This document shows, piece by piece, positions 1 to 13,520 of a stretch of 64,000 bases of DNA. The stretch is taken from positions 496,001 to 560,000 of the forward strand of contig AP026142.1 of assembly GCA_030295235.1 (NCBI GenBank), written 5' to 3'. The stretch comes from Fistulifera solaris. Its lineage: Eukaryota. Each line of letters opens with the position of its first letter. Positions within the stretch are counted from its first letter, which is position 1. The notes beneath the pieces are model-generated. The model had not been told where the DNA came from, made no database searches, and saw only the letters and a list, made by a program, of their open reading frames with translations. Made by a program: the position numbers and the translations under genes.

Positions 1-96
1 AAAATAAACTATCGAATCCATCGTTACAACATTATACGGAGTAACTTTGAAAGTTAGTTTGCGATCCAATACTGTTGTCGGCATTCCTTCACAGCC

Positions 97-3000
97 ATGG
101 ATGCGGCATCTTCCCATTCCTTCGGGATTTCGGAAATCCCAGGATCGCCTTCTTTCCGCAACTCGGCCGTCAACGCCATTGCGGTGATTCCCTTATTGAG
201 TAGTAAGCGCGACGGTGACGATGCGTCGACGAAATCCACCAAATCCTTTGGCGATCTGTTTGATGCGCTGCGTCGATATACCCAAAGCTTCGGGCATTCG
301 GCGTCCTCGGAAGGCGAAGATTTTTATCTAATCGTTCCGAATAGTAGTTTAACGAGACCGGGTGACTGGAAATATGACGAAACGCCCTTAAAAGGCTTTC
401 ACTGGCAGCATGGCTGTCAGCGAATGCGCCTTTTGACGGACGCCCGGAATATTCGCGTTTGGCACATGACCGCTTAATGAATCATACGATTGCTAGAGAA
501 TGGATCGATCTATGTCCGAGTCGCCGCACGGCCGCTGTCATTGGTGTGTTGAACGTTCACGATTGCCACGATATTTCCGATCTTCATCGGGCCGAAGAAG
601 AGCTACGAAAATGGGCCGAGAAATACGCATCGCCTCCGTACGAAGTCTCGGCACATGGGAAAGATGCCGAACGGGATCATCCCGTTTACAGGATGTTTGT
701 GTACGACAGCTTTGACGAAGAGGGTCAGAAAATTGATTTGTCACACTCGAAAATGGGCTCCCAAATTTTGGCATTTCCGCCCACCGATGATTCACACGCT
801 CAAATGATGGATCTGCATTTGAACGTAGTTATTAACGATCTAGCAGTAGCTATCTTCCGAGACCTAGAGTCCAAGATTCGTGAGTCGGATCAAATCCGGA
901 ACGCGTCAAATCCGCCGGCGCCTTCGCAAAACAGTGTGCTGAGTCGAATTATATCGGCGGGTAATAGTGATAGGGACAAATTCTCCGACCAATCCAAAGA
1001 TGGCAAATTAAATGTGGGACGACTGGCGGGTTTGGTGAGTGCGGGCAACCCATTGGCGGACACCGAGGCGGATGAGGCGAGCACTGCAACCAAAGGAGGC
1101 AACACCGAAGCAACATCGAGCGTGTCGGTGGATGGTTCATCGTTCAAAGCAAGCTCATCTTTACCGCTTCTCTTAACGCCGCTGGACACGTATTGGGAGC
1201 AAGCCAACTTGACCCGAAAAGACATGGAAGATATTCGTAAACGAGACATTGGCCGGCGCGAAAAGTATTCCGCGGACTTGGCTTTATTGGCCGGCTCCCC
1301 TTTAGATGCGTACGAAAGATACCTCAAAGCGGCGGAATTGTGCAAGAGTTCGTCTGCTTCGGACCCATTGTGGTATGCTGCTAGTCTAGAAGGATGCGCC
1401 GGTGCGCACATTTCCATGGCGGAGGCGGGAGGTTACAATGTTGATGAGTATTTGGAAAACAATTTTCAATTGCCCAAAGACTTCTTCAACTTGATGAAAA
1501 TTCCGGAGGGCGAGAAATATTCAAACGTTAAACAATCTCTCCCTGATGTCGTGATAGCCCTTTGCGAGGAAGCTTTAGCAATTGTAAGCAGGAACGCACT
1601 TCTCTCGGCCTATCGTGCTGAGATTTTGTTAAAGCTGGCATGGTATTTATCGGATTTGGCAGAGAGACATCAAAGGTGCCGTTGGGGTGAAGGTGATGGT
1701 TGCTATGCAGGCGAATCTGGAAGCATACCTCGATGGGAACGCCCGTCTGTTTTTTGCGTTGGAGTTTGACCCTGAAAAACTACGAGAAAATGGCGCATTC
1801 AATGCCCAAAAGCATACACTGAAACGAATCGCAAAAATTTGCGAGTTTTTGGGTACAGCAAGTAGTCTGAGCTCCCTTCATTCAGGCACCAGGGTAGATG
1901 TTGCAGCCCAAGCTGTGAGCATCTGTTTGCACGGCATTAAGGTGAGTTGCCACGTTTTAATCAAACGTCTCAAAAAAGAAACCCTCACTTTCACACTTTC
2001 AGCCGACTAGCTTTGGGGTGGTTGAGAGTGCACCTGCCATTCTCCATCGCAAAGCAGCTTTTTACGCCGCAATAGCAGCAGACGCAGCAGGAACCGACTC
2101 TTCATCAAGCGCATTGCAACTGTGGCTATTGACAACGCAGCTATACTCCAAAATCCGGGCCCATCCTATGGATGGGCGACGTTACGATCTGCATGTCTAA
2201 GTACGCTTGCATCGAGAGGAAACTCGCCTCTATGTTTGGAAGCAGCAGAAGAGCTTCTCTCTTTACTTTGTACTCTCGAGCCAAGTAGGAAGACGAATCA
2301 TGTGCCGGACAATAATGATGACCAAGAACATGCGAGTATTGAAGTACCAGTAATGGACATCAGTAATCATTGCTCAACACACGAAGAAAGCAACGAACAC
2401 GACGAGCAAACTGACTTCGAAGAGACAAATGGTGTGGACGCCACGTCGAAAATAACGTCAACCAAAGTCTTTGCAAAACAATTGAGAGATACGATAACAA
2501 CGTTTGCGAGCTCTTCGTCTTCATTCATCGCTCAACAGTCAAAATGGGCGTCCGACGAACCACTAGCTAACTTGCTAGTTCCGCTTGGGGAATCTTCCTC
2601 ACTATCTTTTCTCGCGACAGACTTACATTGCGTTTGGCCAAGCTCTGATTTGAGCAAGTGCTCCTCAGTTCAAAACCAGTGCCTGAATTGTATCAGCCTT
2701 CTGCGACGAGCATTGACTACGCCATCACAGGGTTGTTCGAATTTCCCACTGATTTATGCCAATGAAGTCAAACCGCCAGGTCCACTATTTGTAATCTCAG
2801 CTAGTGCTGCAAGGGTTGTCTCGCAGATTGAAGGCGTGAAAAGTGCTTTGCACGTTGCCGCCGGGGACGTGGCGAACCCAGCAATGTCGACTTTTACAAT
2901 CCGTTTGAAACCAAGAGAAACGCAGGGGGGCGAGAGAGAGCGAAAATCATTCTTGAGGGAGAAGAGCGTGTTATTTCTGTCAAGTTTGGAAACAAGCTAG

Positions 3001-4809
3001 CCGTACCCGTCGAAGCAACGAATGCCCAATTAATATTTGGAGAAAGCGAGGCGCTTTTGCCAGTGTCGACACCTCTGGCTTTCGCTGTTCCACCAAACAC
3101 TTCTGATTTTATTGTGTATTTCCCACTTACAGTGATAAGCAAAAGACCGAAAGACAGCGCTGATGCGATGGGGACTATAGACATCAAAGGGATTGAATGC
3201 GAGTGCTTGGGACAAGTGGAATTCATCCAGCTATCAATTGATGCTGAGGACCGTGGATGCTCTCAGTTGTCGAATAATATATTACCCATCCCGACGTCCG
3301 TGTATCCTTTCGCTCCGAAAAGCAAAAAGATTACTGGCGATGATCCCGAATCAGTAAAAGCTTTAATTCAAGCCTTTCCTTCCCAGCCAACGCTTGAACT
3401 TCGCTTAGCAGAATCCAACCTACCTGTAAGTAGACTGTCGGCTACTATAATAAACGGTGCATTATACACAAGTGTTCCTCTCCGACTATTTTCGAGCAGT
3501 GGGGCCTTCACTAGAGGAAACGTTGAAGGCTTGGAAATCTTTGTGTCAGGCAGTGGTGGTATCAACCAGAAAATCTTTGATAGCTCAGCATCACCTTCTG
3601 AAAACGAAAGCGACGACGACTTTCTTAAAGAATGGCTTGTGACCAAAACGGCCGCTCCTTTGAAAGTAAGAGCAAAAGCAGCAACCTTGAGCATGAAAGG
3701 GATTAATGGACAGAACGCTAAAAACGACGATTCAAACACCATTCGATTTCAGATAGCATCGGGATACGATGCAACCAAAAAACTCCCCCTCATTATCAAC
3801 GCTCAATTTCAAGTTCCGCTACAGTGGAAGCTCTCGAGGAGGATTCCAGGTATGGAGGACCACAAGATTTGTAATGGAAATCACTACCTCTACGGGTCCC
3901 TGCATCTCGTCGATTTCATTTTTGCACGAATCAAAGATCAGTAATTTGATGAAAGAATATTATGCTGGAGAACCGAACTTAAGCACGCAACGAAACGAGG
4001 GGCAAGAGTATAGTGTTGGAGATAGTGTGTCGGCGAACATCTGCAACAAAGAAATTGGGATATTGGTTACAGTGCTCAACGCATCTGACTACACGGTTGA
4101 GCTCACTAAAGAAGATGGGCATTTGGGTGAAGCAGCTTGTGTCCCAATGAAGAAACTGCTTGTACGACCATTGGTAAACGTGAAGATTCCAATGACATTG
4201 TCCAGGATTAGCGTAAGCAGGAAGGACGATATCTTCAAAAATATTGTTGATAAAATACAAAGCTCAGCTGTCGTGATCTGGAAGAGCGAAGGGTCATCTT
4301 TGGAAGAAAATAAAGGCCAGATACGCATTCCACGGAGTTGTTTGGAAGAGCTGGTCCGAAAAGAGACATCTCTCGTTCCAAAATTGATTGAACCTCCCCT
4401 TACTTTTAAAATCTTCCTTGACAATTCCTCATCAGCAGAGACAACGAAAACCATAGGACTTGGAAGTCCTGGAGCGAAAGTATCCACGGTCATTAAAGTA
4501 GCCGACTGGGTTACCGAGGAAGAGAAAAATTCAAATGATGTAATTATTGAATTGGTCTGTGTCCAGGAAAACGGCACGTCCATATCGCGCGATCACTTTC
4601 ACTGGGCTGGTAAGGTTGGTAATAGGGTGAAGCTTTCTTCTGAATCGTTCGAGCATAGTGCACGCATTACATTCCATCGCCCCGGTGTATACATCGTCAC
4701 GGCTTGTGCAAAGTTTGTCAAGATCGATAAGAGCCAGAATCGTGGTAGGGAAATGTGGTACGCTCCCTTTTCCCGACGCATTGTTGTCAGCGACACGATG
4801 GCGCAGTAA
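97..4809 (+). CDS. TRAPPC9: TRAPP II complex subunit TRAPPC9/Trs120-like protein (one intron, several apparent homopolymer frameshifts)
   Basis: Chained ORFs 97-477, 459-1769, 1687-1941, 2003-~2150, 2122-3000, 3057-3944 and 3769-4809. Motifs RRTAAVIGV and GRREKYSADLALLAGSPLDAYERYLKAAELCK..DPLWYAASLEG match the Trs120 N-terminal region. GT-AG intron 1942-2002 restores frame. Frame breaks fall in runs of identical bases (~432, ~1752, ~2150, ~2895-2930, ~3780). Confidence 0.8.
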
Positions 4810-5066
4810 TCTATCTAAAATCGTCGCTTTTAAAAATAGCAACTCTAAAGCCATCACGCCTACATTTCTGATTAAGCCAAGCAGACTAATACGTACGCTG
4901 TTAAATTAATTTCAATGATTAGAGGTCGCTATTGGCGCTAAAATATATACTGCGCATGTACGTGTAACAAGATTGAGTATTTAAGAAAGGTCTCCAAAAT
5001 CATGGAGAAAGCTTGCAAGCAAGTTGTCGACTGGGGCCCAGAACCAAACAAAATTTGAAAGAATCG

Positions 5067-6407
5067 CTACTCTTTCAGAACTGCATCTCTCAATTTTTCT
5101 CGCATGTCGGGTCCAAATCCTATCCAATCACAGTACCCATCTACACTCCCGTATTCCGTTTCAATCGCCACCAAAATGTCCCTCATGACAGCTGGCGGCG
5201 CTCCCAAGAATGTCTTTGCGTCCAAATTACGCTGAGAAAGAGCACCAACCATGGCTTGGTGATCATTCATCTCGGCATAGACATTTGCCGACAGCGTGTA
5301 GTCTTCAACAATGTCTTCGGATTTCACACCACACAAAGCCAAAATGATAGCAGCGATAATTCCGGTCCTATCCTTTCCCGCTGTGCAGTAAAATGCAATG
5401 GGATGGCGATTTCTGTCAGCACATAATTCCAACACGTGACGAATACCGGGATTGGCATACCGCAACAAGAGCTCATTCAACATTTGCAGCCCTCCACCGT
5501 TGATTTCATCCAAGAACGGCTTCTTTGCCGAGCTTCTTACTCGACGCGAAAGAATAGCCCCCGGTGATTTCAAGATGGACTTGGTAATATCCCGTTTTCG
5601 GACTCTACTGAGAGTGCCTTTTACGTACTTGAACTCATTCATCAAACTGACAAAGTGTCGCTCTTTTCTATTCTGCCCCGCATCATAGACCATGGTTTCT
5701 GCGTCATCTTGCGCGCAATCTGTTTCATATCCACAATCTCCGTCGTCCTCTACTTCCGCATCGACAGTAAGAGCTTTCTCCAGTCTCGCCGGATCATCAC
5801 TGAGCACCGCATCCACGACCTCACGAGGAGTATTGACAGCAGTCTTACGATCTTGCATCAAGCGCTTGAAGACGTTCCGGGAGCGAACCGGCCCTTCTCC
5901 GACTTTGAGTTCGCGCAAACAGCCTTCCTTTCCGCGGCCTCGTTCTTGCCATACCACATTGGTAAACTCTTTGAAAACATCTTCGCGCATCAACGTCGGA
6001 TCATCCTTCAATTCGGTCGGCGATCGCAAATCTACCAGCGTCTTGAAGCCCACTTTTTGAAATAACAGTTGAATGTCTTCTTCTGTGGCATCACTGACGC
6101 GTCCCATTCGAAAAATGCGTCCCGGTTGAATGGGTGAATTCCGCACGGAGGCCAAATCACGGGCATTTTTCACCTTTTGCAAAGGTAGATTGCGTTCTTC
6201 GCACAAGGCTTTGCAGTGCTTTAAAAAAGACGTTTGATCGGAATCGTCCAACATGGGTTCATCTGACTTGATAACAGATTGTGTGAAGAGGGCCGTTCTG
6301 GTTCGCATGTCACGATGGAAATTCCACGAACAGGATTTTCCGGAAAGGAGAAGTGCCAGAAGCGAACACAGCCGTTTGCGGGCGGAATAACTGGAAGATG
6401 GCACCAT
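5067..6407 (-). CDS. Tyrosine/dual-specificity phosphatase (Y_phosphatase3/PtpB-like), probably plastid-targeted
   Basis: Intact 446-aa ORF with NARDL, IFRMG, LVDLRSPTE, P-loop FYCTAGKDRTG and EDYTLS motifs. The N-terminal hydrophobic stretch ends SCS-W. Confidence 0.85.
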   Translation of the reverse strand: MVPSSSYSARKRLCSLLALLLSGKSCSWNFHRDMRTRTALFTQSVIKSDEPMLDDSDQTSFLKHCKALCEERNLPLQKVKNARDLASVRNSPIQPGRIFRMGRVSDATEEDIQLLFQKVGFKTLVDLRSPTELKDDPTLMREDVFKEFTNVVWQERGRGKEGCLRELKVGEGPVRSRNVFKRLMQDRKTAVNTPREVVDAVLSDDPARLEKALTVDAEVEDDGDCGYETDCAQDDAETMVYDAGQNRKERHFVSLMNEFKYVKGTLSRVRKRDITKSILKSPGAILSRRVRSSAKKPFLDEINGGGLQMLNELLLRYANPGIRHVLELCADRNRHPIAFYCTAGKDRTGIIAAIILALCGVKSEDIVEDYTLSANVYAEMNDHQAMVGALSQRNLDAKTFLGAPPAVMRDILVAIETEYGSVDGYCDWIGFGPDMREKLRDAVLKE

Positions 6408-7163
6408 AGTATACTCGATACAAAATTATGATTAATTGATTCGTTGAATGACAAAAGGTAGAAAAGAGTTTGCAGGGAGCAAAGAATGTCCATCCTCGAA
6501 CGGATCTTTGGGATGAAGAAGAATCAAAAACAAAACGTACCAATTGCTACTTAAAGGCGTCGTAGACCGTGTTGCATGTCGCACATTTGTCGCCGTGTCG
6601 TTGCAACGACGACACCAACCTCGACGACGTCAGAAAACGGGGAGGGGACGACCAGACGGTAAGACGTCCTATCGATTTTAGGAACGGCGTTGAAATTCTG
6701 CCTTAGCGTAAACGCTACGTAGAATCTTGTACTGCGAGGCAGAATTTTAACGTCCTTCCGCCCTATCTCGTCTCCTATCCGAGTCCCGAGATAGATCTTG
6801 TGAAAAACAGTCCCGGAAATTGTCATCTATCTCTAGAGCTACCGAGGGATTTGAATTTTTTTTGAAACTTTTTCTTTATAGTATTACTTTCTCAACTTGT
6901 TAATGACGGAGAAACAGTTTAGTTGTATCTGGTACACTCAGACGGGAAACGGAAGATTGCGAAGGAGCCGCATTAAGAATACGGTTAGTTGATAGAATGC
7001 GGTACAAGTACTGTACCAGGTATAGAAAGTAAAGGACAAATAATTTCAAATACTACAAAAAAATCACGTAAAATGATTGGATCAATTGCAACACTTATTC
7101 AGTTTCTCTTGCAATACTCTTCCAAACAAGCACTCGCTAAGATAAAGAAATGATATAAACAGT

Positions 7164-10030
7164 TTATGACGTGTGGGCGAGATTGTGCATAGTTCCTTTA
7201 CATAGCGAAAACAAACCACTGCTTGGGTCTCCGTACATTTTACAATTCATCTCGGCGTGCCTTTTTGACAAAGACTGGGGGCTAATATTGTCAAATGTCC
7301 GCTTCGTTTCATTTTTATCCATGGCAAGAAGATTCTCAGGACGCAAATTCTTCTCCGAGAATGCGACAGCACCAAAGGATCCCAAGGGTGTTATCTTCCC
7401 TCCGGTCCGAATTCCTTCCGGCGTATCCTGCAGACCAAGGGAATGAGCGGATAGCACATAATACGTTCGCAGCACGGAACTCAGAGACGCAGCGCCTTGC
7501 ATTTTCGAAAGCTCCGTTTTCACAGAATCGGGTAAATTCTTGCAGTTATCCAAATGCATTCTCTGAAACTCACGAACTGATTCGTATATGCTGCTCATAT
7601 TCGAAGGATATGCGACGGCACTCATGCACGCTGCTCCAGCGATCGCGCAATGGACGCATCGAATCCCGACTTGACCCTCTTTGATATGATATTTTCTCTC
7701 CTTGGTGGCTACTTTCACATCCTCTGTGGATGCCGCAAAAACCTCAATTTGCCGCCTTATGAAACAATCGGTATCCGACAGCCATTCCTTATCTTCTGGC
7801 ATCGCCAACAAAACTCTAGATGATGGGGACGGAGGCCCTTCTTGTGTAGCAGCTTGCTTCAGCAACCTGCCAGCTTCGGCTCCTGGTCGTACTAACGGAA
7901 GAATGCTCTCGTCGCTACTGCTGTTACTTTTGTCGGGGGATTCTTTTGCGGGAGATACGTTCACCGTCAACGTCGCCGCATTGCTTTTCGCAAAAGCGTT
8001 GAGCGGTCCACTCAAAGCCTTCCTGTTCGCATCCATCAATTTAGTGTCATCATCGTGCAACCGTCGCCACATGCGACGAAAGAAAACCTTTTGAGATCCG
8101 CGGGGGAGACGTGACATCTGCTCTTTATGGTTGCCCTTCAGTTCAAGCAGAGCATTCTTGATGTTCTCCGGACATCGACGGCATTTGATAACATGAGCCG
8201 GTATTTCAGCAAAACTGTTTGCTAACCGATCTACATCACTCCAAAAGAACTTTCTGGAGTTCTTGCCTTCAACAGCGCAGTGCACGCATTCTAAACCACC
8301 GTAACCAACTTTGATGTTCTCCCGTTTGCCGCCTCGAGTTCTTCGGTCTGATTCGGTAAAACGCACCAAGCGCAGTTGCTTCATGAGAAAGAAAAAGTAA
8401 TCGGTCAGCAATAGCCGATCTTCATCCACGACGAGCCGTGCGGATTCCGGAAGCTCTCGTCCATGCACATCGACAAGGCTCCTATCAATCTGCGAAAGAA
8501 GGTCTATTGCGCTTTCATTCACGTTCCCGCTACCTTCCACGTTTCTCCCGGTCAAAGACCTGGACACACGCTGCGGTTCATCCAAAACAACTCTCGTTTC
8601 TGCCATGATTGGTTGATTTCCTTGAGGACCGAATCGATTTGGTGAAACGTTGCCCCATCCTAACTGCAGATTCGAAAAGCCAGCGTACGGATGCAAGAGA
8701 TGTCCTGTGTGATCATAGTATGTGGGAACAGGCATTCCGTGCATTTGATTGTAACTTCGGCAAAGAGATAAGTGGTAGTCGACAAAAGGCTTTATAGGTG
8801 GGACTTTGCTGGGAGTACACCAGATGTATTGATCGTCCCTGAGAGCAGGAGGAAGGTGGTTGCAAAATCGACAAACCCAGTCCCCATTTCTCTCTTGCAA
8901 AATGGCGCGATGTTGTCTGGTCTTGCGACACTTCGCATTTGCTGCTTGTCTTCGCCCGAGGCAACAGATCTATTCATTGACTCATCAAGTGGCATCGGTT
9001 CTAACTGGTCAACTCCATGTTCGCTCCGATCAAGTGGCGAGTCGATCATACCAATCGATGGATGAGAAGAGTGATCGTCTTCTGGGAAATCGGAGTTTAG
9101 CGAGAAACGCCTTTGATACGATCGATACGTGGCTTGCTCATTTCGGAAATCAGCTTCTCGTCGCTTCAGTTCAGACGAAATTTCATTGAATGACGATCTC
9201 TGGGAATCTAACATAATGCCGTTCCCATCAGCGCTGGTTACGATTCCAAGTTGTTGACATCGAGCTATGCAAAAATCTTGTAATACTTTTTGGAACACTT
9301 GTTCTTGATGCCAATCTGGTGATGATTCGTCTCGGATGCGTTGACGTTTTCTCTTTGATTGCTCCAAAATACCTTTGGTGCTTGTCGGAGCCGATTCGCA
9401 CGATAACAGGTGATCTTGCGCCAGCTGACGAACACTCTTCCCCACCTCCTCTACTCGTTCTGGAATCGTAACAGCGCCTGGTATAATGGTGCCACGAGCA
9501 CAGAAAGAACACCGTAGAGCCAACTGCCTGACAGACTGAGAGTCAAACCGAGGTAATGTAAATAGCTCCAAACTCTTACAAGCAGCGGCATCCGCTTCCT
9601 CCATGTAGCCTTTGTTATCGTTCATCCCCATTAAAGGAAACGACATTTTGTCTCCTCGGACGATATTTCGGGCCGGTGCTCCCATTTCCCTGTCAAGCCG
9701 CGGAGAATATGCCATTGGCTGGAACTGATTCACCATCGGATTGTATCCATCCATCATCGGTACAAACGGAAAATGCGATTGAATGGATCGGTGAAACATT
9801 CTCCGGTGTTGACACACGTGTTCATGATCTTGTGCTTCTTGAAAGTTGCTGAACGGAGCCGTACAATAAACACAAGACCAAATACCCCGCATGTGATTTG
9901 GCATAGTACAAAAATCACCCTCGATCACAGTCTTTCTATTATTTGATGTAGCACCAGCATCGGGCGACACGGAAATGTGATGGGAATGAATTGTTGCCCG
10001 GATTGCGTTTTCCGCTACTGCCGCTACCAT
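7164..10030 (-). CDS. Diatom-type multi-CxxC/His-Cys (putative zinc-binding) repeat protein of unknown function
   Basis: ORFs 8792-10030 and 7164-8900 join by a one-base shift in a T-run at ~8900 (APF-LQERNGDWVCRFC). Repeated modules WSCVYC..HEHVC, LRCSFC..HLLSC, WVCRFC..HLSLC, GLECVHC..HVIKC and GIRCVHC..HLDNC. Confidence 0.7.
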
Positions 10031-10768
10031 TCAGTTCGACCGGGGGCCACTGCTCGACCCTCTCTTGTCGTTATTGCTGTTTCTTCTGGTGAAGTGGATT
10101 CGGGTTGCTTTTTAGTTGCGTTGCCTCTGTCTTACGACTAAAGACTGTTTTCATAACAACGACTGCAATCGGACGAAAGTGCTCCTCTGCTTATTTTGAA
10201 TGAGAGCCAGTCGAGCCTTTGCGCTATCCAAATTCCTAAATATGCATGTCCGGGCGTCCGTTCGTGCTCTCGGAAGTAGAAATGCTTTTATAGTAAGGTA
10301 GCTAAATTAGTCGTTGAGTCAGGTATGCCCCGACAAGAAACACCGAGCATCTCACATTTCGTGGGACTGCCTATCGCCTTCCATCGTGTTCTTCAATTCT
10401 GACGATACTACCAGTACCAGTACTGTACCACAAAAGGTACCAGTACGACGGCAAACATTGGTACGGTTCTGATTACCGATGCGGCAAACAGCCTAGAGCA
10501 GTACCTTTGTTTGTAATAAAATGATAATCCAGCATGTATAATCGTGCCTGGATCTTTCATCTCTTTCTAGCTACTTCTTCTTCCTCTTCTTGACTATGTA
10601 CCTTTCTAACTTTGTTCAGACTTGAGAAACAAAAGATGCATTACGAGTCACCTTTCAAGCTAGATGGCTGCAAGATCAACGAACAAACTACCAGATTGTC
10701 AGACAGTATTGTTCTTTATTATCTTAATAAAAACGTATTGTAGCTATTTACGCGATTAAACTTTGATA

Positions 10769-11496
10769 TTAATAGTTCGCTCCCAAGGGCATAGCGGTAG
10801 CCGCGTCTTGATCCTTGAGTTTCTGTCCTTTCACTCCAGTAGCTACAAAACTAAAGCTTTGGCCTGGTTGCCAACCTGCATCCACTGCTTCCTTCATCGA
10901 CTTCTTAGTCAGCCATTCAGCTGCTACTTCTTCTTCTTCATCGGCTTGTGCATCGGTACTTGCCTTTTTCTTGGATTTCTTCGAACGTTTCGGTGCTGGC
11001 GGAGGGAATGAGATACATTCAATATTCATCTCGCCTCTTGAGCTTTCAAAGGGTCGGATGTTGTTCTGCTGTAGCGCTTCGAGAACCGTTTCTCGGGCAC
11101 ACTCATCCATGGTAAAGGCACGGTACGTCGGTTCCAAATGGGGTGGAATCGTCCCGGGACGGAATCCCTGGAAACGCTGCTGCTTGGCGTCTGTGGTGAT
11201 CTTTTGTAGATGGCTTGACTGAATCGACCCAGATCAGCTTCCACGCCATCGATCGTGACAATCCACTCGGTCATCGAGCCGTCAACCAGTTGAATGGAGC
11301 ACCCTTGGATCGCTCCACCGGCCACGACATCGCCAGTCCATTCTTCGGCACATAAGTAGACGTGATTACGGATCCCGAAAGTTCCCTTTTCAAAGTTACA
11401 TTTTGAATAATACCGTTGTAGGACTGTTTGTTGAGTGAACCCTTGCGCCGGAATGAACAACGATACGGCAACAAAAAAGTATGTCGGCAATTTCAT
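10769..11496 (-). CDS. Plastid trigger-factor-like protein, ribosome-binding N-domain only
   Basis: Signal peptide ends AQG-F. After a one-base shift in an A-run at ~11205 the frame reads IYKKITTDAKQQRFQGFRPGTIPPHL, the trigger-factor GFRxGxxP signature, and continues into ORF 10769-11137. Confidence 0.7.
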
Positions 11497-11990
11497 TTTT
11501 TGGTGTGAAAAAGATCAATCAACGTTCGAGCTTTAAAAGCGGCTACTGATGAGAGGTAAGTCGTCTACGACGTGCGTACAACTGGAAAGGACGGGGCTTA
11601 TTATTAGTAAATGCGCCATGCAACGAGCACGAAAGAAGTTGTCAATATTTTGTCACTCTCTTTCGCGATCACCTTGTTGCTCTCGAACTCGAATGGTGCT
11701 CGCAGAAACGATTGGCGTACGGTAATACGTTGTGTAGGAGACGTTTAGCCCCGACTGAATTTCAGTCATGAATCAATGTCTTTTGAATAGACGACCAAAA
11801 CGTAATGATAGCTATTAGTGATTGACAATTCATCAACGGAGCGTACGTTATGTGCAAGTTGTTAGAGTAGAATGAACAGCTAAGCCCATTGGGAAAATTA
11901 CACGATGGAACATAAAATACACTTGGGATAACTTCCAATGAAGCGACAGCAAAAGCTACAAATGATCCAATCTTTAGTTCCTATTAAACC

Positions 11991-13520
11991 CTAGAGCCGA
12001 CATACATAGGAACTGCTTTGCGTGACATATCGAACCCAGCGATACGGAGTGTATCCAACCATATTCTCGGCCACGCGAAGATATCGTACTTGCAGATTCG
12101 ACACGTTGTACATGGGGATCTCAAAACACATATTGATGGGACCCATCTGCCTTCGAATTTGCGTTGTACACGGCTTGTTGAGTGTCACTTTAACTTTCAT
12201 GGTTTGTTCGGCTCCTCCGGGAAACTTTTTCATCGTCCAAACGATTTTGTGTTCGGCCGCAATATATTCGGCACTCGCGTGTCCGGTACCGGGTGCATGG
12301 ATCAAACTGCACGAGGCCGCGGCGGTGACGCCCGGAGGCATGGGCATTTCGACAATGACATTGGCACCAAAGTGATTACTGGGCATTTCCGCGCGGATCA
12401 ATACGGTAATTTCCACTTTCGTCGGACTGACTTCCTCAATGGACGGGAAAATACGGAACGGTGTCGAAAATTCTCCCGTAATTCGATAATTCAAAACCAC
12501 GAATTCACCGTCGGGTGGAATAAAGGACAAGGTGCGTGCCGATTCAAACTCGTTGCGATTGACACAGTCGTTGAAGTTCATATCATCCACACACACCGAG
12601 CCGTATCGACCCGAATTTTTTCCAATCACCAAATCTTCATTGAGCGCGAGACGCAATTCGGGATTTCCGGCCAAGTACGATTTCATTTGAATGCATCCAT
12701 CGATGGTACTATTGAGTACGTATCCATTGTTGGAGAAAAGCACGTTGAGTCGTTCGAGAATGTCGACAAATATTTCGCTATTCTGTTGCCCCGTTGTTTT
12801 TCGTCCATTGGCGCTGACGGAGGAAATGACCGGTTTGTGGACGGCCGCCGCCGAAGCGGTCTTGGGATTGACCATATTGCCCGTGAGAGGAACGGAATCG
12901 ACGACGATGGGTTCATTGTACACGAATGATTTTAAATTTTCCGTGCGTGTTACCTGAGGATACCCGAAATCGATCATTTCGTCGAGCAATTCATAACAGA
13001 GAATAAAATTTTTTCCGTAATGCTTCTTCCGACAGTGTTCCGCAATAATCTTTGAATATTCGCGCAATCGTCGAGAGAAGCTGTCCAAGAAGGGGTGAGA
13101 GACAAAAGGAGATGCGAATGAGTGACAAACCACAAATGACATAAGTTGTTATTACCTCCAAGACGGTATTGGGAGACACATTCCGTGCCGACGAAGCCCC
13201 CAAGACTAATCCATTGCGTCGAATGTGAAAATAAGTCAAACCATCTGGCATGACAAAGACTGGAGGAGCGTCACCCATACGTTTGGTCGTTACCGATGTT
13301 GATGATGATGATTCAATTCCCACAGATGATGTCGAAATATCTTCAGCATCTTCCGCGACCGATTTGGTATCATCCCAGAATTTGATTTTGCGAAAAAAGC
13401 TTCCGTATGCGTTCGCTCGTGTGCGCCCATGTCTTTTCCGGAGGATGATTCATTACTGCGATACTGTTTCGCGAGAATCGTGTCACCGCGCGGGGATAAT
13501 ACGAAAAAGTTGGTAATCAT
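11991..13520 (-). CDS. AP4M1: AP-4 adaptor complex mu subunit
   Basis: N-terminus MITNFFVLSPRGDTILAKQYR, then NFILCYELLDEMIDFGYPQ, EIFVDILERL, FIPPDGEF and C-terminus PYRWVRYVTQSSSYVCRL. Intron 13081-13155. Frameshifts at ~13395, ~13320 and ~13012. Confidence 0.88.

Noticed and set aside
12018..12929. 303-aa plus-strand ORF
   Set aside because: Antisense to AP-4 mu with no recognisable motifs.
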